A DNA stretch of 64,000 bases from Prorocentrum cordatum (lineage: Eukaryota): contig CAUYUJ010000001.1 of NCBI GenBank assembly GCA_963575745.1, positions 372,001-436,000 of the forward strand, given 5' to 3'. The first letter of the stretch is position 1. Each line of letters begins with the position of its first letter. Below, piece after piece: positions 52,628 to 61,600 of the stretch. The translations under genes and the position numbers were made by a program. The notes beneath the pieces were generated by a model. That model worked only from the letters and a program-made list of their open reading frames with translations, did not search any database and was not told the origin of the DNA.

Positions 52628-55600
52628 GCATCACCATCACCATCACAACCACCATCATGATCAACAACAACAACAGCATCCTCCTCATCCTCATCATTAT
52701 CAGCATCATCATCACCAGCATCCTCCTCATCCTCATCCTCTTCATCATCATGCTCATCCTCGTCCTTCTCATCATATTCCTCATCATCCTCCTCCTCCTC
52801 CTCCCCCACCTCCTCCTCCTCCTCCTCCTCCTCCTCCTCCCCCTCCTCCTCCTCCTCCTTCTCTTCATCATCACCATTATCAGCATCATTATCAGCATCA
52901 TCACAATCATACTCGAAATCATCATCACCATCGCCATCACCAGGCGGCGTGCTCCGGCGCTGGACACCAAGGAGGGCGCCCCGAGCGGTCGAGAGACAGC
53001 CGGGCGCTCGGGGACACTGCTGGCCACCCGTGGGAGCAGCCAGACATTTCCAGGAGAGCGGCGCTGCGGGGAAGTGCAGCTGCACACGCAGGAGCAGCCG
53101 TGCGAGGCGGGGACTTACTCCAAATCCCTTCTTAGTCGACCCCCCCCTAAAAAGCCGGATCCCTTCCAAATGCGACCTAACATTCCGGACCCCCCTCTTC
53201 GACGGGGCTCCTTGATAAACTGGACCCCCTGAGCTCCAATCCAAAGAAAAAGCCCTAATAAACCGAACCCCCCCAATTACAAAAAAGGCGCCTTAAAAAC
53301 CGGACCTGGGGGACGATTAACAAGGGATTTGGAATATCCATGTTCACCGCTTGGGAACCGACGTCCTGGTGCCCCAGCGGGCGGTGGACATGGACATATG
53401 TTTTGGCCCCCAGGGGCCCGACTATATACCCAGATCCTCCGCCTGCCGAGGTCCGCGAAAAACTCCATGGAGCTTGGTCTCGACTGCGTCATGGAAGGAC
53501 TGCGGGAAATTGGCGACAACACTAGCGCAGTGACGCTCTCGTTCGCGCGCAGCTGTAGGATGAGGAAATGTGCCAACATACTTGACGCACGGATCTCCAC
53601 CATTGACTGCATCGTGCCCTCTTCTACGCTTGTGGTCGCCCATGGAGACTCTGGTGGCGAAAGAGCCTGTTGATCCAGTAGCCGATGATGGTGGTGAGGC
53701 ATGAATGCTCTGAACGGCTGCCTCCTGCGCGTCCATCCTCAACTGCATGGTCTTAAGCTGCTCGGAGATGCAATACATGGAGGTCTGGGTGGCAGAGACA
53801 CTAGCAGCAAGCGAAACCATGTTTGTGCCGACCATGCACAACCGTGCTTCCAGCTGGGCCATAATGAAGGATGTGGCATTGGACATGGCATTCTGGATGA
53901 TATCCTGGAGGGACTCGCTGCCTGAAGCCGTTGGTGAGGACATCCACACTGCCAGATCTAGGAACTGGACGCGTCTCAGTCTACCCAGCCCTGGAAAGGT
54001 GCCGAGGATCTGGGTGACGTAGGAATGGAGAACAGGGCGCGGGGACGATCGGGGACTCCCCCCCAAAAATCGGACGCTGCGCCTTCCCCTCGGCTGCGTC
54101 CAGGCTCGAAGCGCCAGGGAGCGACTCGAACTTGAGCCAAAATGGCTTGAGCCAAAATGGCTACGGAAGGAGGAGGAGGGAGGATGAGGATGAGGAGGAC
54201 AACGAGGAGTGAAAAGAGGGGGGTTGACAAGGAGTGAGAGGAGGAGGAGGAGGAGGAGGAGGAGGAGGAGGAGGAGGAGCGAGCGTCGCGTCGGATGAAA
54301 GGGGGAGTTTAGTGAGGGGGCGGATCAGCTCACGCAACTGGCCTCTCCAGGCGACTTCCGCCGCCGAGGCATCGAGGATCGCGCCTGGCGGCGGGACCGA
54401 GACCACCTGCGTGCAGAAGACTTCGCAGCTCCGCCTTCCCCTGTTCCCCCCCCCAGGAGAACCCAGACTTGAATCGGTCGGCGATCGGCGCGAATCGGAT
54501 CTGACGTCCAATCCCCTGTGCCTTGTTCGGCTCCGTGCGTGCTTTGTTCCACAAGATGACCCAACATGCTCCTCGATGATCCGTTTGCCGAGACAAATGC
54601 ACACGTCCGAACGATACCAAGGATCGGCGGAAACCGGCAGCCAGGTCGGGAGGAGTCGAATCGGCTGACATCGGCAGAGCAGCAATGCCTCTAACGAGAG
54701 AACTCGGCACCCAGACCGGAATCCGAGGTCGAAGCGGAATCGGAATCGGAAGCCATCGACATCGAAATCAAATCGAGTCGCAGGGGAATCGGAACGAGCC
54801 CTGCCCCCCACCCCCCACCCATTCCCTGCAAAGCCCCAACGAGAAGTCGGCAACCAAATCGGAGCCGGAAGTCGAAGCGAGATCGTAATCGGAAGCCGTC
54901 GACATCGAAAGCGAATCGAGGCGGAGGGGAATCGCAACGAGCCCTGCCCATCCACCGAGAGAGCGGGAGGGGAAGGTGGCGGGGAGGGCTCGCTGCTCGC
55001 CTCGTGCTCCGTGTGGCCCTCGAGGCCGTGGATGATGGTCGCCTCAGCATGGGGGAAGGGTCCCTCGAGGCGCTCACAGGCCCCAAGGCCGCTCAGTTTC
55101 CAACTCGACCGAAGATCTCACAGTCAAATCCCACAGCATGTGATAGAGATCCATCGGAACTGGAGTGGGGCTGCTGGCTCCAGCCCGCAGCGAGGTCGCA
55201 CACGCCAAAGATGGAGCCGTCGCCAGGCAGCGGTGTCCAGAACGCTTGGGGGGAAGGGCCCCAGGGGAAGCGGGCCCCGCGGGCGCCGGACTTCGCGCCC
55301 TCGCGCCGCGCGTAGAACTTCGCGCTCTCGCGCCGCCCTCGGAGGAGGAGGAGGCGGAGGAGGAGGAGGCGGAGGAGGAGCGTGAGGAGGAGGAGGAGGA
55401 GGAGGAGGAGGAGGGGGAGGGGGAGGGGGAGGAGGAGGAGGAGGAGGAGGAGGAGGAGGAGGAGGAGGGAGGAGGAGGATGGAGGAGGAGAAGGACCGGC
55501 ACCGGGCGCGAAGCACGAAGAGGCTCGTCGCGCCCTCGAGGGCGCCCCGGGGTCCTGGACCCTGCCTCCTCCTCCTCCTCCTCCTCCTCCTCCTCCTCCT

Positions 55601-58600
55601 CCTCCTCCTCCCTCCCCCCTCCTTCTCCTTCTCCTTCTCCTCCTCCTCCTCCTCCTCCTCCTCCTCCTCTTTCGTCCCTTCCTCTTCCTCTTGCATGGAT
55701 CGGCGATGCACGAATGCGGCGCGCGGTCGCCAAATCCATGGGTCGGGGGAGGCGCCCTCCCCAAAATGCGGCCGGTGCCGCCTCGCTCGGCGGCGGGACT
55801 CCGCGCTGCCCCACGGAAGCGGGACCCGTGTCGCTAGTCCGCGCCCCCTGAATCCATGTCTGCGATCGCCTGAATCTCAGGGCCCGCTTCCCTCGGGGCC
55901 AATTTGCCCCCACGGCGATCGCCGCCAGGCAGGAGGGCATCTGCTCGGAGCTGTGGTCGTGGCAGAAGGTGAGGTCGCAGACCTCGGCGGCGCGAAGAGG
56001 GGACTTGCCATCGCTCGCACGTCCACTGCCCGTGCATTGTTCGGTTTCGCGCGTGTTCTTTCGTTGCTCGTTGGTCCAGGATTCGAGTAGGGGATCGACA
56101 CTTGATTTTCCCCTCTCGAATCTAGGACGATGACGTCACATGTTCGCGCATATACCGAGAATTCGCGAACCTACTGAGAATTCAAATTATCTTGTCCGCA
56201 GATTCGACGGGAAAATCCATTCTGGGGTAAATCAAATTCTGCAGTCGATCCCCTACAGTGGGTTCGCGTCGGGCCGACCCTGGCGTCAGTTTCTGACACC
56301 GCCTGGATCGTTCAACCTTGAAGGGTCGGCCGTTCCCGAAACGTCAGATCGTTCAACATCGACCGATTTGGGGTCGCTGGCGACGTTCAACGTTGAACGC
56401 CGGCGGCGGGGTCGGCGCCGGTCGACAGGACACGAACCCGCCGTACACTGGAGGCCAGAAATTAAACAAGAAACCTTCCACATGAAACCCAGCCCTGAGA
56501 CCCCAGGACGTCCGTCGATGTTTGGTGTGGGAGCGTCGCGCCTTCCGTCGCGAAACCGTCGAAACCAAAGAAGCCCGGGGTACCCTGGAGGCAAGCAAGG
56601 TGTTTCTTGGCATGGGCCCCCACTGTACAGGAACGGCCGCGGACTCGGGCAGGCGAGGGGGAACCTGGGTCTCAACCTGCACCCTTCGCCCAGTCTCCCA
56701 CGCCCCCTCCTTCTCCTCCTCCTCCTCCTCCTCCTCCTCCTCCTCCTCCTCCTGCACCTCGGGGACACACCAATAAATAGACACAAATCCCACGATCCCC
56801 CATACTTCCCATATTCTCTAGGCTTTCGTCTGCCCCCTCGCTTCCCATACTTTCCCGTTTTCTGGGGATCGACGAGCAATTGTGTCTGTGTTTTTGTCCC
56901 TCCTCATCCAAGAGGCCTCGACGCCGTGAGGCCTTCTGACGAGGCCCCTGCCTACTAACCCCTCAATGCGAAGGTAGGACGAGGATAAAATCGGATACGG
57001 ATGAATTGAGAATTTCTGAGATCCGGCGGCTCTGGGGGATGTATCGGGCGCCGCGGCCTTCCCGGAGCTGAGAGCGTTCCGGAACGCTCTGGACTGGATC
57101 TAATCCTCGTCCTAGCCCCGTCCGAGAAGAGGCGGGGGGAAGCGGCCCAGGGCCCCTGGCGTTGCTAGCTTTTCCACGGCGTGGACCCCTAAGGGCCTCG
57201 ACCCCGTCCCCGGGACAGGCTGCAAGCCCTCCCAAGGAGCTCCGGAGACGCGACGCCGCTCGCCTGGACAGTGACAAGGAGCCTTTGGGGGAGCGGGGGT
57301 GTCGTTTGCGCGCCCCTCCTAAGGGTGAAAAACTACTCGGCCTTCCAGGACCCCCCCCTGGCTTATCAGAAGTAGACTAGCGCGTTCCTCTACTCGCAAA
57401 GTGACTGCTCGCCAATGGCCTGGATCCCCCGCGGGGGATCTACGACAAACGACATCAAAATCAGACTGTGTTTTCAGACGTTTGCGAGTAGGCACTTTGC
57501 GAGTAGTGGAACGCGCTCGGTGAAGAAGGGCCATCCCCTCGTGCCACCCCCACCCTTGTGGACGCCGCCAGAAGCCTGCCGGTTCACTCGCAGGCTGGCG
57601 ACGCTCACCACGCGGTGCGGCCTCAGGAACTCTGGGTTCGAGATCGGCACACCGAACTCGTAGAACGTGGTGCCTCCGAGGCGCACGGTTTCCCCAGGGC
57701 CGTGGGCGACCCGAGGAGGAGGAGGAGGAGGAGGAGGAGGAGGAGGAGGAGGAGGAGGAGAGAGGAGAGGAGGAGGAGGAGGAGGAGGAGGAGGGGAGGA
57801 GGAGGAGGAGGAGGAGGAGGAGGAGGAGGAGGAGGAGGAGGAGGAGGAGGAGGAGGGGGAGGAGGAGGGAAAAGGAGGAGGAGAATGGAGAAGGAGAAGG
57901 AGGATGAGGAGGAGGAGGAGAGGAGGAGGGGGAGGAGGAGGAGGGGGAGAAGGAGGAGGAGGAGGAGGAGGAGGAGGAGGAGGACGAGGAGGGGGAGGAG
58001 GAGGAGGAGGACGGGTCGCCAAAGCCCTTCGGGGAAACCCTCCACTTCTAGGGAGGAGGAGGAGTCAGAAACAGGCACGCGGGTTGACGTCTAGCCTTCG
58101 GTTGGGCGTGTCCACCTACAAACGGATTTTGGACGAACAGTTGAAAATACCCTAAACTAAGACGAAGCCGGGATCGGGGCAAAGTTTGACCGGGATAAAA
58201 ATCATGCTCGGATTTTCAAATCACCGGGGGCGCCGCCGAACGGGCCTGCCGCGCCTTGGGCGCCATCGGCTTCGCGAGGGAAGGAATGCGCCCCGGCGCA
58301 GATGGGGCCACGGCGCGTATTTGGCCACGCGCGCGCCCGAGGGAATTCAGCGCCAAGCGCCTTTCACTCCAGAAAGCCCGACGTCAGCAAAACAAACTTG
58401 AGGCCCCAAGGGGGCCCCAAAGAGGCGGACCGCCAAAACAATCACGCAACCAACGAAACGAAAAAAACGTGCAAATGTCAAAAAGCGCAGTACTCAGTGA
58501 CCTTTTCGGCCACGCAACACCGCGAGAATGCCCGAGAAGGCATTGGAAAAAGAGCCCGCGCGCGGCCTGGCGACTTCCCCGCGCCGCCCCAAGGTTCCCG

Positions 58601-61600
58601 AAGCGCGCCGAAATAACCGTAAAGAAAACCCCGGAAAGTCTTCGGAGGGCCCCCGCACCATGCAATATCCGCCACCGAATAATCTGGCGGACACCTAGCG
58701 CCCACGCGCGGGCGTCCACCATGGATGCCCAATTCCGGTTTCGGAGACAATCGCGCGCAACCGCCCGGGGGCTTCGGCAACCTCGCGATTGGCCCAGGGG
58801 CCCGCGGGCCCCACGGAATCGAGGACCGAGTTCGCGACTCCGGAAGCATCGGGCGCGGCGCCAGCCAGTCGCTCGTCTCTGGCTGACAGTGGGACGCCTG
58901 GAGATCTGGTAAAACCTGAGAAACCGCTCTTCAGAGATTCACAGAACCAGAAAACGGGGCGCGCCAAACTCTCGCGTCCGACCTTCGCTGAGAATCTCTG
59001 AACATCTCTGAACTAGACACCCCGCGTGAAACATTCCCATAAACCCAAAACCTCGGAGCTGGCCGAAACTCTATGAGAGTTTTTCGGCCCGCGAAATTTG
59101 GCGCGCCCGGATTTCCCGTTCCGAGATTCTCTGAAATCGACCTGCGGCGGCGCCCAGCAGGTCCTCACGCGCCGAGGGTGGGGGCCGTGGACATCGCAGG
59201 CCGCGATGGTCCCGACCACGAGGTCCTTCCTCCTGCCCCTCGACGAGTCCACGCTCATGGACACGCTCTCTGCGCTGGGCGTGGACCGCGCCATCCGCCG
59301 GTACTTCTGCGCGACGACAGCCAACTGGCCGCCGACAGACAAGGCGATTCTTTTCCGAGCTGCGCGTGCCACCGAAAACGTGCAATAGCCCCGGGCTCGG
59401 GGAGAAACACTTTCGAAGCATTTTCAGGCCGCCAGCGTCGTGGCCGCCGACCCGCCGCGCGCCGACCGCGAGACGAGCTGGGCCCACTACGTCCACGGCG
59501 GCTGGCGGGCGCCCAAGAGAGCTGTCGCGACGGTGCGCGCGGCGGGGCGCCCGCCCCACTGCAACCGCACATGCGGCCTCCATGGCGCCACAGGCGTAAT
59601 ATGTGTGACGCACTCTCGGGCCCCCCATCAACGCATCGTCCAGCGCCCAAGCCCCTGAAACGCAAACCTACTGCGCCCCCCGTGCAAGCCGCGCACCCGC
59701 TCCCAATGCTCGTGCACACCAGCTTTTCTGCCCGCCCTCAACAGTTTAATTGAGCGCCCATGCGTTACTTGGGCTCCTCAAGCCCTCGAAAAGTCCTTGG
59801 GGAACTTCTGCGAATGCGCGCGCTGCGCTCCACAACTCGGCGTTCTATTTTTCTTTGGAACTCTCCCAGAATCTCTGGTTCCGATTTGTCCCGATCTTCC
59901 GCTCAACTGATAAACATACCCAAACGTACAAAAAATAATCCTCTGACTATTTTTGAATATTCCTCCTATAGAGGGACAGGCCCGACTACGTCTAGCCTCA
60001 GCTCTCTTAGGAGACAGGCGGCACCGATCGAGGGACCGACCGCAGCGCGCAGGGCATCGAGCGGGCGGGGGCCCGGAAGGCCGAGACTGGACCGACCGAC
60101 ACGCCAAGAGGGGAAGCGAAGCAGGAGGCTCGATGGAAAACAAACACATACGAAAAAGTACTCCGAGTTTCTTCCTGAGCATCGGGGGGGCGTCACCCCC
60201 GCCGACAGCCCCACATCGACCCCCGTCGCGGGCAGCCACCGCGCGCCGAAGGCGCTCCGGCCCCCGTCGCGGCGCGACGACGCGGCGAGGTTGACCCCCG
60301 TCGGGGGGGTACCCCCCCACGCTTATCAAGAAACCCGGAGTGCACTGTCGGAGTGTCGCGCGGATCTCTTAGATCGGCGCCGGGACCCCCTCCCTGGCGC
60401 GCGCCGTGCGCCAGGGGGTTCCAGGCGCCGACCCAAGAGATGCGCGCGGAGCTCCGAAATCTCGTCCATGTCCCTTTTGTCGCTCGAGAGGTAGGATTAG
60501 GTCGAACATGTCCCCATACAGGCAGATCTGGACCAGCAGAAATTCAAACAAAAACCATACATCTAAACATGCTCAAATGCAGTAGAAAAATCATGGCAAC
60601 ATCGTCCCCGGACTAATTTTTTGACTCTTTGGGAATCTTTTCCCTGTAGAGGGACAGGCCCGACTGAAAGGTAGGATAGGGCGACGAGATCTATGCATAT
60701 CCACTGCTCCTGGCCAGGCCAATCCTGGGCCCAGGGGCGGTGTATACGCCCTCCTGGCCTGGCCAGGGAGGCATATACACAGCTCCTGGGCCCAGGATGG
60801 GCCTGGCCAGGAGCAGTGGATATGCATAGATCTCGTCGCCCTAGTAGGAGGTGCCTGCTGGCACGAGACATCCGAGCGGGCGGGTCGTCATGGTGCCGAG
60901 CACCCACACGCGGCAGTCCGCCCCCTCCTCGTAGCGCTCGATCTGGCGCAGCCGGGCGCCGTCGGCGCCGGCTCTCCGGTGCAGCTCGGCGAAGCGGGCC
61001 GCGGAGCGCGTCAGGACGCGGATCTTGAAGCCCTCCTGCTTAGGGAGCCCACGAAGGACGTACGCGCCCAGCTATGTACATGAACACGGCCCCTCGATTC
61101 GCGAGACCGGCCGCGTGATACGAACATTTGTCCAATGCGTGCTCTCGAAACCGGCGTGGATTCATGTACATGTACGTCCTTCTTTCGCTCCTGACTGCTT
61201 CATGCTTGGGTTAGGGGGACTTGCGTGAATTTAAGACGACGCCAGGTCGAAGAGAAACTCGGGTGAAGACAAGTCGAGAATCTCTGCGATCTGGCGACTC
61301 TGAAAAACGTCTCGGGCGCCGCGGCCTTCTCGGAGCCTCCTGGAACGCTCTGAAAGCGTTCCCGAACGCTCTGAAACGGATTTAATCCTCGTCCTTGCCT
61401 CGTCCGAGAATTGGTGGTCCACCGGGTTCATGGTTAGGAAGGGCGCGTAATTCGCCATTCTGGACGCCAATCCGCCGCGCGTTCGAGGTCAACCTTTCAA
61501 GCCGACTCGCAGGCCACGTATCCACCTATGAACCCGACGGGCGCACCAAATATCCATGCACATGCTGAGCGCACATAGATGTCTCCACTACCGATATCAA

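Larger units (their letters stand above)
58098..59990. mobile_element. Family A TIR element (expanded), 8-bp TSD TCTAGCCT
   Basis: TIRs tcggttgggcgtgtcc / ggacaggcccgactacg; identical TSD at 58090-58097 and 59991-59998. Confidence 0.85.

Noticed and set aside
59200..59593. Inverted or misassembled exons of the host gene
   Set aside because: The segment is enclosed by intact TIR/TSD pairs and carries transposase-like motifs, which favours an insertion.
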